A stretch of 64,000 nt of DNA, from assembly GCF_009914755.1 (NCBI RefSeq), contig NC_060943.1; one strand, written 5' to 3'. The position numbers and the translations under genes are program-made. Shown here piece by piece: positions 1 to 26,489 of this stretch. The DNA is from the human T2T-CHM13v2.0 reference genome, Homo sapiens. The notes below the pieces were generated by a model, which saw only the letters and a list, made by a program, of their open reading frames with translations, was not told the DNA's origin and searched no databases. Numbering within the stretch: position 1 is the stretch's first letter; every line of letters starts with the position of its first letter.

Positions 1-163
1 AGGACACACTATGCAGCAACGCAACAACGTTGGCAGCCAGCAGATGACACAATGCAAAATCACATGCAGTGCCTGACAACTCTACAATCTCACCCAGAAA
101 TATCTCAACACAACACGTAGCATCTGGCCGTCCAACAGCTGAACAGACCATAGTAAATACTGA

Positions 164-607
<444 letters not shown>

Positions 608-873
608 TCAACACAGCACCCAGGACACAATAGCACAGCCCAAAAAACCAGATCTGGAGTTAGATGGACGCGGTTTGAATCCTCGTTGGTCTCTTAGCCT
701 TGGTGTGACTTGGGCAAACTGACTTCCTTTTTCCGAGCCTCAGTCTTCTCATCTGTAAAATGGGCCTGATGGCACTCCTCTCATCCTGGGGCTACTATAA
801 GGAGTCAGTGAGTGTGTGACTGGGAGTCAGTGAAGGGCCTGACCCATTGCAAGGCTGTTACAGATCATGGTGT

Positions 874-1090
874 TGTGGCAGGTTGTAATGCCCCCCAAAA
901 GATGTCCAGGTCCTTATCCTTACAACCTGTGAATTTGTTACCTTACATGGTAAAAAGGACCTTGCAGGTGGGATTAAGTTGAGGATTTTGAGATGAGAAG
1001 TTTACTCTAGACTGTCTGGCTGGGCCTAATGTAATCACAGGGATCCTTTTTAGAGGGAGGCAGGAGGGACTGAGTAAGAAAAGATAATGT
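874..1090 (+). mobile_element. MLT1-type MaLR LTR fragment
   Basis: cctgtgaat.tgttaccttacatggtaaaaaggac.ttgcagg...gggcctaatgtaatcacaggg signature. Confidence 0.7.
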
Positions 1091-1180
1091 AGGCTGGGTG
1101 TGGTGGGTCACACCTGTAATCCCAGAATATATTGGGAGGCTGAGGAAGGAGGATTGCTTGAGCACAGGAGTTTGAGACTA

Positions 1181-1375
<195 letters not shown>

Positions 1376-1664
1376 TCAAACAAACAAACAAACAATCAAA
1401 CAAGTAAACAAACAGACCCCAAACTATTATTTTACTTCTGGGGCCCAGAATTCCAAAATCAGCTTCACTGGGATAAAGTCAAGGTGTCAGCAGGGCTGGT
1501 ACCTCCTGGAGCCTTGATAAGAGGATCCATTTCCTCGCCTTTTCAGCTTCTGGTCGCCCCTTTATTCCTTTGTGCGAAGCCCCTTCATCCATCTTCAAAG
1601 CACATCACTCCAGTCTCTGCTTCCATCCTCACATTGTCTCTCTCTGGCTCTTCCTGCACTCCTC

Positions 1665-1782
1665 TTTTTTTAAAATTAATATTGCCACATTATTTTAAAT
1701 TATGTACAAAGACCTAACATGTCACTCAGGGACCATTTCACCCACTGCTCTATTTAGCCGCCAGTCTCTTCAGCAATGGTGA

Positions 1783-1784
<2 letters not shown>
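1665..1784 (-). pseudogene. Processed pseudogene fragment of RPS4X (last codons, 3'UTR, short polyA)
   Basis: Minus strand CTCACCATTGCTGAAGAG..ACTGGCGGCTAAATAGAGCAGTGGGTGA matches the RPS4X C-terminus LTIAEE(RDK)RLAAKQSSG* with a small deletion, followed by UTR-like AATGGTCCCTGAGTGACATG...TTTGTAC and an A-tail. Confidence 0.8.
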
Positions 1785-2663
<879 letters not shown>

Positions 2664-3610
2664 CTTGGCTTAAATTTGGAAGCAGAGGTACACTCCCTTT
2701 ACACCTGATTTTTAAATTTCTTTTCTCCTTGATCAGATAATATGTTGACACTATCCAAAATTCAAAAGATACAAAATGATGGAAAGTGAAATTTCTTCAA
2801 CCCAGTTTCCCTTGCCAAGTTGATACTAATGTTACCAGTTTCCAGGTTATTCCATACACAAATATACAAATAGTAACTTACTATATCCACTGTATCTGTC
2901 AGGTTGGGTTGGAATTTTTTTTCTTTTTCTTTTAAGACCGTCTCACTCTGTCTTTCAGGCTGCAGTGCAGTAGGGCAATCTTGGCTCACTGCGACCTCTG
3001 CCTCCCGGGCTCAAGTGATTCTTGGGCCTCAGCCTCCTGAGTAGCTGAGATTACAGGTGTGTGCCACCACACCTGGCTATTTTTTGTATTTTTAGTAGAG
3101 ACAGGGTCTTGCCATGTTGGCCAAGCTGGTCTTGAATTCCTGGTCTCATGATCTGCCCACCTCAGCCTCCCAAAGTGTTGGGATTAGAGGTGTGAGCTCC
3201 TGGCCATTGTGCTGGGTATTCTATTTGCCCTACCATCTCCACTCTCCACCATGACCTGTCTTTTAGAAGGGTGGCCTCTATAAACTGTACCACCCATGCT
3301 CCCTTCACCTCTACATTAAAAAAAATTTTGGGTTTGGCCAATGGAAGTTTGAGAGAAGAGCAATGTCAGATTATTTTGCTTGGCTGTGTGATAGCAATGG
3401 TTGTATTCCTCTGCCAGAAACCATGCCCTCCTGCTGGGGGCTCTCTTTTACCCCTATACAATCAGTCTCGGTTTCGGAAACTACTCCCTCTCACTGCACC
3501 TTTCAACCTAAGGATGATGATGGCGTCTCCTTATTGTAAGCCATAGAGTGCTTCAACGTCTTGTAGGGTTCTTTCACACTGCCCTCCACTTTGTAAAAAG
3601 TCCCTCCATT

Positions 3611-3953
<343 letters not shown>

Positions 3954-4919
3954 CTATCAAATGAATGCATCATAATTTGTTTAACCAATATCTTGGTGCA
4001 TATGTTGGTTTCCTATTTTTCATTATGTAAACAGTTCTTTGATGAATCTAGGTGATTTTGCACACTTTCTTGTACATCATAGGAGACATTACTAGAAGTG
4101 GAGTTAACTGAATCTGAGAGTATGTTCTTTTGTAATTTAGAGAAAAGCATTCACATTACTCTCCTCTGAAGCTGTACCAATTTATAGTTCCACAAACCGT
4201 AACTGAGAGTAAGGATTGCTCTGGGAGGCTGAGGTGGTAGTGGATACTAGCCTGGGCCCTATAGCGAGACACCATCTATACAAAAACATTAAAAAAAGTT
4301 CTACTACTAGGGTGTGGGAGAATGCACCTGTGGTCCCAGCTGCTTGGGAGGCTGAGGTGGGAGGATTGCCTGAGCCAGGGGGTTAAGGCTGCAGTGAATT
4401 ATGATTGTGACACTGCATTCCAGCCTGGGTGACAGAGCAAGACACTGTCTCAAAAAGACAAAAAAACCCACCCCAAACAACCAACAAAATTGGAGGCCAT
4501 GATTTCACACCCAGTGATCCTAATAGCTCAAATTTTGAATTAGAGACTGTGGTTTTAACATCTGCTAAATTCCTTATGTTGAGGAATCACTGAGTCAAAG
4601 GTTTCAGCCTCTTTCCAAGGGGGAGAGCACGTGGACAATTACATCTCATGCAGGCATTTGGTTTTATGGACTCACGTGCTTGTTACAAAACCAGACACAG
4701 CTTTAGGGCTTCTTATTACCTTCCCCCACCCGTCCTTGGTAGAAGAGTCAACAAATGACATCTAAGCTGCCAACACATATTGGAAAATGTTTGAAACTTG
4801 AGATCTGTGGTTTATTATGAAACAGGCAGTGCCCTGGAGTTTGAATTTTTTCCCAGTTGGTCTTAGTACCCTGTCTGCAGATTGAGGGGAAAGGGCAGGA
4901 AGGGGAGTAAATGTAGTTA

Positions 4920-5048
<129 letters not shown>

Positions 5049-5992
5049 CTACTAAAAAATACAAAAGTTAGCCAGGTGTGGTGGTAGGTGCCTATAATCC
5101 TAGCTACTCGGGAGGTTGAGGCAGGAGAGTCACTTGAACCTGGGAGGCAGAGGTTTCAGTGAGCCGAGATTGTGCCACTGCATTCCAGCCTGGGTGACAG
5201 AGTGAGACTGTCTCAAAAAAAAAAAAAAAAAGCATAGCCTCTAGAGTCAAACAGATCTGACTACTACATCTGTGCTAGGTACTTTCAGTGGTTGAATCTT
5301 AATGATTCTGACTCTGTTTGCTCACATGTAAAATGTGGATGATCATAGAACCTTTATCACAGATTTGTGAAGACTGCATTGCACACTCCATGAAAAGTTA
5401 TCCTTAGCACAGCATCAGGCACAGGGAAGCTCAACGCCTTGAAGGTGCTGTTTTTATTTCTAGGTCCCTAAGATCTTCCTTGTCCTCCTTATGGCTCCCC
5501 CCTTTATTCTCCATATTTGTTCCTTCCTTGAAAGTCAAGGGTGCAGGAAGAAGATGATATCCTGGAGGCCAAGCCCACACAATTAGGACATGTGGTGGAC
5601 ATTCACCTGTTCTTAGATCCACTGCTGCTCTTCCTCTGCTTGTCTATCACAAGGGGCTGACACCTGCACACTAATTCTGTCTTGAGGGAGACTGTGTAGG
5701 GGAACATGGCCATTTGAGTTCATTAGGAAAGGGTTTTGAGGTCAGGACATGGGTATGTGGTGTACATGGGAGTTTGGTGGCCTCTATTGTAGGAGGCTTT
5801 GGAAATGTGTATTGTTGGGAGGTCCTGAGGGAGGAAGTTTGGGATGAACATGGAGATTCTAGGCTGTGGAGGAAGATGTAACATGGCTATTGGAGGATTC
5901 TGGGACCTTACCTTGGTACCTTGGTACCTTGGTAATGAGGACATCTTCAGCTTTATTTTTATGTATTTACTTTTTTTTGAGATGGAGTCTCA

Positions 5993-6283
<291 letters not shown>

Positions 6284-6358
6284 TCAGCCTGTGCAGCTCT
6301 GTATTCAGCCAATGATTTGAGGCCACTGTAAGCAGCTCTTTCCCTTTGGAGCTCTTTT

Positions 6359-6987
<629 letters not shown>

Positions 6988-7051
6988 CTATGGTGAGCTA
7001 TGATCACACCACTGCCTTCCAGCCTGAGTGACAGAGCAAGACCTTGTCTCA

Positions 7052-7165
<114 letters not shown>

Positions 7166-7671
7166 TCAAACGTGGTGAAACCCTGTCTCTACTGAAAAAT
7201 ACAAAAATTAGCCAGGTGTGGTTGTGTGCACCTGTAGTCCCAGCTACTCGGGAGGCTGAGACAGGGGCCTAGGATTAAATAAGGAGTTTTGGCAAAACTA
7301 GGCTGGAACTCCAAAACCTGCTACATAAGTACTCACGAGCGTTGCTAGTTATTAGTATTATTACTTTGTTGTTATTTGGCTCTGGTCAGATTTCAATTAA
7401 CGTCACAATAGGATTTAAACATTTCTTTTATTATTTTTAAGATTTTAGGCCAGGCGCACTGGTTCCCAGCACGTTGGGAGGCCGACGGGGGTGGATCACC
7501 AGAGGTCAGGGGTTGGAGACCAGCGTGGCCAACACAGTGAAACCCCTTTTTTACTAAAAATACAAAAAAATTAGCTGGGCGTGGTGGCATATGCCTGTAA
7601 CCCCAGCTATTCGGGAGGCTGAGGCCAGGAGTTTGAGACTAGCCTGGGGAAATAGTGAGACCTTGTCTCTA

Positions 7672-8001
<330 letters not shown>

Positions 8002-8620
8002 TTAGCTGGATGCTGGATGTGGTGGCATGTGCCTATAGTCAGCCACTCAGAAGGCTGAGGTGGGAGGATCACTTGAGCCTAGGAGTTCAAGGCTGCAGGG
8101 AGCCGTGATCATACCACTGCACTCCAGCCTGGGCAACACAGCAGACTCTGTCTCAATTAAAAAAAAAAAAAGCGCAGAAGAATATTGGTTTATGGAGAGT
8201 ATTATTTTAAGTTTTAGAAATTTTCTATGCAAAACAAACAATGGAAAATAAGAAATGCATTACTCTATAATAAAATATAGCCTTTTCTCTCCCATATATA
8301 TATATGAGTGGATAAAAACAGTCATAACTTCCTACACATTTAATCCTCTATACTAGCTCTCATACCCACTTACCACTCCCTCAATGACAAACATACCAAA
8401 AAGATGCTAAATAAATGAAAACAATACTTTGTATTCTTAACTATGTAAAGTATTGTACTTAACAGGTATTTTCTTGGCTGACTGGTTCTCCATACCCAAC
8501 AAACACAGTGATGTCAGCTCTCACCACTCATATTAAACAATATAGCCATTGCTGTAAAGTACAAAAGAGAAATGCAGTACAAATTGAAAAGGAGGAAATA
8601 AAACTTTTATTCATCGCTGA

Positions 8621-8972
<352 letters not shown>

Positions 8973-10171
8973 TGAACTCCTGACCTCAAGTGATCCACTC
9001 GCTTTGGCTTCACAAAGTGCTAGGATTACAGGTGTGAGCCACCACACCCAGCCAGAAGTATCTTTTAAACAGGATTTTTAAAAGTGGGAGTTGACCCTTT
9101 CCAAAATCTGGAGTTGGGATGGGCATTAGTGGTTTGGAGAGGAAAGAGCAGGTGTGTTGTGGCTGGGAGGCGATTCCTTTCAGCACCTTGGGTGATGTCT
9201 GAGGCCATACCCACTTTCTGTGCTAGTTTTGGGATTATGATGATTAACCCACACTCCCTTTGTTCCTCCCATGTAACCTGGATTCTTGGGCATTCAACCA
9301 ATATTAAACCCTTCCTCTGAAAAATTCCTGGATTGACAAGAGCACACTGGACCCATTTCCATTCCCCATCGTGATCAATAGGTATCAAAAGAAATGATAG
9401 CTTCTTAGAATAGAAATTTGCAGCCACTGGGGAATGTAGTTCTTAAATGTGAATACAGAAGAATCTCTTATTACAAAATTCTGTATGGCTCTGGATTTAA
9501 GATTTTGTTATTTTTTATTTTTGAGACATGGTCTCTCTCTGTCACTCAGGCTGGAGTGTGGTGGCATGATCTCGGCTCACTGCAGCCTCTGCCTCCCAGG
9601 CTGAAGCAATCCTCCCACCTCATCCTCCCACCTCATCCTCCTGAGGAGCTGGGACCATAGGTGCGCACGACCACACCCAGCTATCTTTTTGTATTTTTAT
9701 ATTTTGCCAAGTTGCCCAGGCTAGTCTCGAACTTCTGAGCTCAAGCAATCTACCCACCTTGGCCTCTCAAAGTGTCGGGATTACAGGTGTGAGCCACTGC
9801 AGACAGCCAGGATTTAAGATTTTAAGAGATATTGAAAGCCTTTTGTTATAATACCATTGAAAACATAAAATACTTAAAATTAACAAAAGTTGTGCAATAG
9901 CATAACTACAAATCATTGATGAGAGAAATTAAGTATCTAAATGAAGAGATTTATCATGGCCACGAATTAGAAGACTTAATATTGTTAAGATGTCAGTTCT
10001 TCTGAAATTGATCAACAGATTACTTGTAATCCCAATAAAAATTTCAGCAGGCTGTTTTTGTTTTGGTATAAATTAGTAACATGATTTTAAAATTCTAAGC
10101 TGTGGCTGGGCAAGGTATCTCACGCCTGTAATCCCAGCACTTTGGGAGGCTGAGGCGGGCAGTTCACCTTA

Positions 10172-10429
<258 letters not shown>

Positions 10430-10467
10430 TTACAACTACTAGTCAAAGTAATTATAAAAGAGTAACA

Positions 10468-10805
<338 letters not shown>

Positions 10806-11277
10806 TTACAATAAAGTAGTGTAGGCATATACTGATCAATGAAACAGAAAAGAAGGTCTAGAAACAGACACTTATATAATCAACTGATTTTTGATTAAGG
10901 TGCCAAAGCTATTCAATGGGAGAAAGGAAAGTCTTTTAACGAAAGTGTTGGAATAACTGAATTTCCTTAAGGAAAAAATATGCTTTTGCTCTTATTTCAC
11001 GCTATATTTAAAAATTAACTCATAATGACTCAGACTTAAAAGTAAAAGCTATAACTATGAATTCTTCAAAAGAAAGCATAGGAGAAAATCTTTGTGAACT
11101 TGGGGTAGACAAAGATTTTTAAAATGGAAAAATCGATCATACTTCTTTATTTGGAAATTAAAATAAAAATGCCATAAGCAATGACACAAAAAATGGCATA
11201 CCTAGCATTACATTTGGCTTACATTTAGTGTAAGATCTACACAGTAAAACCCGCTAAACATTGCTGTGTCATGTTGA

Positions 11278-14559
<3,282 letters not shown>

Positions 14560-14624
14560 TGATCTGCCCACCTCGGCCTCCCATAGTGCTATAATTAACA
14601 GTATGAGCCATCAAGCCCTGCCGT

Positions 14625-15440
14625 ATTTCATTGTATGAACATATTACAGTTCATTTATCCATTCACTTGTTGAAGAACATCTTGGTTGCTTACAAGATTT
14701 GGCAATTATGAATAAAGCTGCTATAAACATCTGTGCAGAGGTTTTTGTGTTGCTATATGTTTTCAACTCATTTGGGTTAATACCGAAGAGCATGATTGCT
14801 GTAGCACATGGTAAGAATATGTTTAGCTTTGCAAGAAACCGCCAATTTGTCTTCCAAAGTAGCTGTGTCATTTTGCATTCCCACCATCAATGAATGACAG
14901 TTCCTGTTGAGCCACCTCCTTGTCAGCATTTGATGTTGTCAGCTTTGGATTTTAGCCATTCTAATAGGTGAGTAGTGGTACATCATTATTGTTTCAATTT
15001 GAAATGGCTACTGACATATGATATGGAGCATCTTTCCTTATGCTTATTTGCTATGTGTATATTTTCTTTGGTGAGGTGTCTGCTCAGATCGTTTGCCCAT
15101 TCTTTAATTGGGTTGTTTTCTATTGAGTTTTAACAGTTCTTTGTGTATTTTGAATGTAAGTCCCTTATCAGGTATGTCCCCTGCAAATATGTTCTCCTAG
15201 TCTGTAGCTTGTATTGTCATTCTCTTGACAATTCTTTTGCAGAGCAGAAGCTTCTAATTTTAATGACACAGAACTTATCAATTGCTTCTTTCAAGGATTG
15301 TGCTTTTGGTGTTGTATCTAATAAGCCATCACCAAACTTAAGGTCATCTAGATTTTCTCCTACATTATCTTCTAGAAGTTTTGTACTCACTATTCATTTA
15401 GGTCTACAATAAACTTGGAGTTAATTTTCGTGAAAGCCGT
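14625..15440 (-). mobile_element. Older L1M fragment, antisense
   Basis: Degenerate ORF2 C-terminal peptide QMFIAALFIIAK..KQPRC. Confidence 0.75.
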
Positions 15441-16256
15441 AAGGGAGCTTCTAAGGGGGACACACACTAACTTCTTTGAGAGTGGGCAGTGATTGTGAAA
15501 CTCTCAGCTGGGTCTTACAACAGACCCCAGATCCATCAGGAGAGCCCAGCCTTCAGAACCCATAGTGGAATATGTTTCATGCATACACGGAGGAGAATAT
15601 GCAGTCATATGCTCACATGCATGTCTGAACATGATCACACACATGAATATGGCTATGTCCTGATCCAGAGTTCTCTCATTCTCTGTAAGTGATTCTTTCC
15701 TTCAACTTCTTCATTAAGGGATATATTGACAGAATGTCATTAAAATTAAAAACTTCTGCTCTGCAAAAAATTGTTAATGGACTGACTCTGTATGTCCATT
15801 CATGTCTCGTTGTGTCCCTGGACTGACTCTGAATGGGCTACAGTGGCCTTATCTGGTAGCAAGCACAGATTACACCCGGGTATTCAAAGCATGTTGAGTA
15901 GGTGAGAGTGTGGGCATGTGTGCAGTGAAGGCAGGACAGCCACCCGCCAGGTCTCTGGAAAACCCCCCAGGACAGGGATGTTCAGGCCATGTGATGCTAT
16001 ACTAAGCTGTTTTACGTGAGGAATAGGTGCTTTTTAAGAATCTGTCTAGAAGGCTATGGGCACAGATCTGTGTTCAAAGATTTTCTGGGCACTTATGTTT
16101 TGTGAGACATCAGAGACAACTTTCTAAGCCTCAGTTTTGTCACGTGTAAAATGGGCATGAACGCCCTTCGCAGAGGTTTGTGGCAATTAGGTGAGCGTGC
16201 AATGGTTTTTGAACAAAGGTGACACGGGGGTACGTGCTCAGGAAATAAGAGCTGCT

Positions 16257-16265
16257 ATTATTACT
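16257..16265 (-). promoter_or_regulatory. miR-126-5p seed match in the CYP2A6 3'UTR
   Basis: AGTAATAAT is complementary to miR-126-5p nt 2-10 (recalled sequence CAUUAUUACUUUUGG...); identical at 48167-48175 in CYP2A7. Confidence 0.65.
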
Positions 16266-16491
16266 ACTCTTCATAGCATAATGTAAGGGTTTCCTTCCTC
16301 TCATCCCAGCTCGGAAGCACCTTATCAAGGTGAACTGAGCCCCTTCTGTTTCTTCTCTTCCCTCTAGCCACCACGCCCCTTCCTTTCCCGCATCTTCCCC
16401 CCATTCTTATACCCGCCTCTTCCGCGAACCCCGCCCTGACCCCGCCTTTCCCTGGCCCCGCCCACCAGACCTGCACCGGCACAGCCCTCGC

Positions 16492-23125
<6,634 letters not shown>

Positions 23126-23169
23126 GGTGGTAGTGGGATGATAGATGGTGACGGCTGGGGTGGTTTGCC

Positions 23170-23175
23170 TTTATA
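23170..23175 (-). promoter_or_regulatory. CYP2A6 TATA box (intact TATAAA, -48T)
   Basis: GGCAGTATAAAGGC on the minus strand; -48 (23173) is T, so not the *9 allele. Confidence 0.9.
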
Positions 23176-23193
23176 CTGCCTGAAAAAGAGGGA

Positions 23194-23206
23194 TGGACTT
23201 TGGCTG
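23194..23206 (-). promoter_or_regulatory. HNF4A site (-81/-69)
   Basis: CAGCCAAAGTCCA contains the HNF4 core CAAAGTCCA; also present upstream of CYP2A7 (~54930-54942). Confidence 0.85.
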
Positions 23207-23216
23207 ATTACATAAT
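23207..23216 (-). promoter_or_regulatory. C/EBP / PAR-bZIP D-box / Oct-type element
   Basis: ATTATGTAAT adjacent to the HNF4 site. Confidence 0.7.
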
Positions 23217-23868
23217 TACCTCATTTCACCTCCCAACTACATGCCCCACCATGAATCCTGCCTAGCTTGGGACACAGCCAGCAAGGGAGGATAAGGGGAC
23301 CCCAGGGCAGCTGAACAGAGAGGGGGCCTCCAGACTAAATCTGTGGTACTTCAGGAGGGGTGCCGCAGGGCTGTGGATTTAGGAGGGGGCAACAGATAAG
23401 CTGTAGAACTGAGGAGTTTGGAATATTTGCATAGGGGAGCACTTGGGCTTTGGATTTGGGGTCTGAGAGTGAGAATGCACCCCAAAGTTGTGGATCTGGG
23501 GGTTCCAGGGGAGAGGAATCCAAAGGTCTGGGTTTTATTAGGGTAAGACAAAGTGTGGCTGTGCATTTAGGGGTCTTCTGTTGTGGAGGATGCAGGGTTA
23601 AGGGTCTCAGGAAGGGGGATTCCAGGCATATGGACTTGAAAGTCTCGGGGCTAGGAAGACCCAGGGCTGTGGGTGTGGAGTTTCTGGGAGGAGGAGTGTG
23701 TAGCAAGCCCAGCGGGTTCTCCCAGAAAGCCCAGCAGCCCAGCACTGGGTCCAGGGGCTGACTTGATTTTGCTTTTGCCCAGAGCTGTCTCTTGATGCCC
23801 AGAATCCTCATTGGAACCTCAGAGTGAGGCCAGGATGGGTGCCATAGAACCTCCACTGCCCATCTCTG

Positions 23869-23873
23869 ATTGG
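23869..23873 (-). promoter_or_regulatory. CCAAT box at about -745
   Basis: CCAATC on the minus strand; -745 (23870) is A (not *1H-type). Confidence 0.6.
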
Positions 23874-24321
23874 GAAGGGGAGGAAGACCAGAGCCATATT
23901 TCAGGGGAACTTTCCCCACACCTGGAGAAGAGTACCTGGAGTTAGCGGTTGGCAGAGGGATTGGCTAGGTCTGGAGAAATAGTAATAACAACCCCCAAAT
24001 GGTGGAAAAATCTCAAGTGTCCCAAGGGTTGTCCGCTGGTTTCCAACCCAGATCCTCAGGGAAACCCACTAGATTGATTGTATCATCCCTATTAATATTA
24101 TGATTGTTGTTTATGTTTCTCATTTTATATAAAGATCCACAGAGGACAGAAAACAGACAGTGGGCAGGGGACATGTGTGAGTGGCCCTGAACTCCCATCT
24201 CTCCTGCTCTGTGTACTTAGTTCCCCTTTCTGGATTTGGTTTTCCTGCCAGTGGAAAGGGAGTGTTTGGGAAGAGAAGATCACATTCGAGGGTGAGTTAA
24301 GTCTCCTTTAAGAATGATTCC

Positions 24322-24331
24322 TGCTTTGTCA
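24322..24331 (-). promoter_or_regulatory. Antioxidant response element (NRF2 ARE) at about -1.2 kb
   Basis: TGACAAAGCA fits TGACnnnGCA; copy at 56074-56083 upstream of CYP2A7. Confidence 0.7.
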
Positions 24332-25546
24332 GGGGCTACTACTATTAGCAGGCAGAGGGAACAGTGGCAGAAGAGATTGGGGTAAACTCCAGTATTAGGC
24401 ACAGAGGCAGATCTTGGGGTGGGTGGGAGTGGAGAAGGGATGAGTAGCCCTCCTGTCCTTCCCTCAGGGAAATTCTTCCTTAGTAAACAGGACAGTTACC
24501 CTTTGGTGAGCATGGTCGTATACGGGAAGATTAAGTCTAGGTGTGTATGATCTGGTTGAATCTTTGTAACAATGAGGTTGGTTCATCAAGATCATCCTCA
24601 TTTTGAAGATGAGCAGATCTAGACTCCATAAATCCTCTTGAGTGAGGTCACACAGGGAGTAAGTGAGGGAGCTGGGATGTGAACTTTCTCCTCACCCCCC
24701 TTCGTTGACTGGCCTAGATCACCCTGGGAGTCAAGTGCAGGCCAGCCTTAGCAGGAGGTGAGTGCTGGGACTGGCATCAGCAGTGGACACACTGATGACA
24801 TTGGCGGGTTCTGATATCAGCATCAGGTATGGCCAGGGAGGGAAAGGCATCGTGTTGGCTTTGGGACTGCCCCCAGGTGTATGCGAGGATGGGAAACAAG
24901 TTGGCACTGAACTTGACACCAGGAGAATATTGAAGTCATGTTTGGTGCCAAGAGGGCTCTGTGTGTTGTCTCAGGTGTCATTGAGGGCATAAGAGTGTCC
25001 TGCTTCAGGAGGGCGTAAGGGTGGCACCATATAGGGTCTGAGGTTGGTCCCAGTGGGCTGTGACATGAGCATGAGGCAGGTGCTGATATTGGTCCTATGT
25101 GGGTCTGAGATGAGCCTCAGCCAGACCCTGAGAGGGGCCCCAGATGGCCACAGGACAGGCTGTGGTGGTTGGACCATTTAGGGTTGCACCTGTCCTCTGG
25201 GTCACCAACTTTGGACAAGTGGAGGTGGGTGAGGTTGGCACCCCCAGGACTGACATCTTGCTCAAACTGTTCTAGGATGCTGAGCTCTGAGACCTGTGTG
25301 GAGGGAACAAAGGTCAGAGAACAAGGCAGAGAGAGGAAAGTTGTTTGTTGATTTTGGAGGGGAAGAGGTGGGAAGGAAGATTAGCACCAGCTTGGCAGAT
25401 ATCAATCGCTCTAATCCCGTTCACCAGCCTGCACCTGGGCCTGGCTCCTCCTTTTCCTTCGTGTTTCTTAAAAAGGTGGGAGACAGAAATCTGGGGAGTT
25501 TGTTTCTCACTGGGGTTGGCACTAGGAAGTGCACTGAGTGATCAGC

Positions 25547-25561
25547 AGGTTGCCATGACCT
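25547..25561 (-). promoter_or_regulatory. Imperfect estrogen response element at about -2.44 kb
   Basis: AGGTCAtggCAACCT vs consensus AGGTCAnnnTGACCT; copy at 57299-57313. Confidence 0.6.
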
Positions 25562-26489
25562 GGCCAGGGAGGGGATGGGGAGAGACAGGTTGGGAGAACT
25601 CTAGTATTTGTGGACATAGAGGTCAATGAATTTTGGACTTGTTGATTACCCTAGAGCATGGAGTGAGAGAATGGTGTCTGAAATCATGTGGGAGGGACTT
25701 GTCCCAGTGGGCAGTGTCTTGGGAACAGGCTTTCAGAGTGAGTTAGTGGCGAGCCCAGGAAGATCCCTTTCCTTTGCTGGGCCTCAGTTTCCCTTTCTGA
25801 ATGGATGGTGCAATGATTAAGGCCTGGATTGGAATCCTAACCTTATCCTTTCTTTGTTGTGTGGCTTTGAACAGCTGACTTCATCTCTCTGAGTCTTATG
25901 GAGCCAAGAACAGCTCCTACCTCTTTGGCTATTTAGGGGAGAAGTATAAGTGTTAATGCAGATGAGGTACATGGCAGTAAGTGCTCAATGAATGGTAGTT
26001 GTTCTCTTTAATCTGTAGGATGAAGCGGATGGATGAGATGTTCCCTAAGCACATTCCTTGCTTTTACATTCTCTAGTCTAAAGCTCACAAATCTTTTCCT
26101 TTGGGAAGGAGGAAAGGGACAGAGTCTTTGGGAACCTCCTTCGCCATCCCTTCCTCAGCACAGCCAAGCTTTACCCCATGGAGCTGTGAATAGGAAATTA
26201 ATCCTTCATGGCCTCCTGGAGTGTGGTGCTGAGTTAGGCAGTATCTGCGGAAGGACAGGCCAGCATTAGACTCTCAGGTTATTCTGGTTGGCCCTGGAGC
26301 CCTGCACAGGACTTTGCCCACCTGTCTGTCTATGCTTGTCTTGGATCCCATCTTTCTATCTTTCTCTTTCTCCTTCCCTGCAAGTCAGTGTTCCCCTCAA
26401 TCACCCTGTGTGCTCATGCATCTTTGTGTTTTGTGCCATTTTGTCCAGTGGGTTCTCCTGGATGCCTCTGCCATGTTTATCCTCATTTA

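Noticed and set aside
9065-9500. Non-repeat-looking segment inside L1 sequence with a 120-aa ORF
   Set aside because: No recognisable homology, and the ORF is shortened in the paralog (40029-40265).
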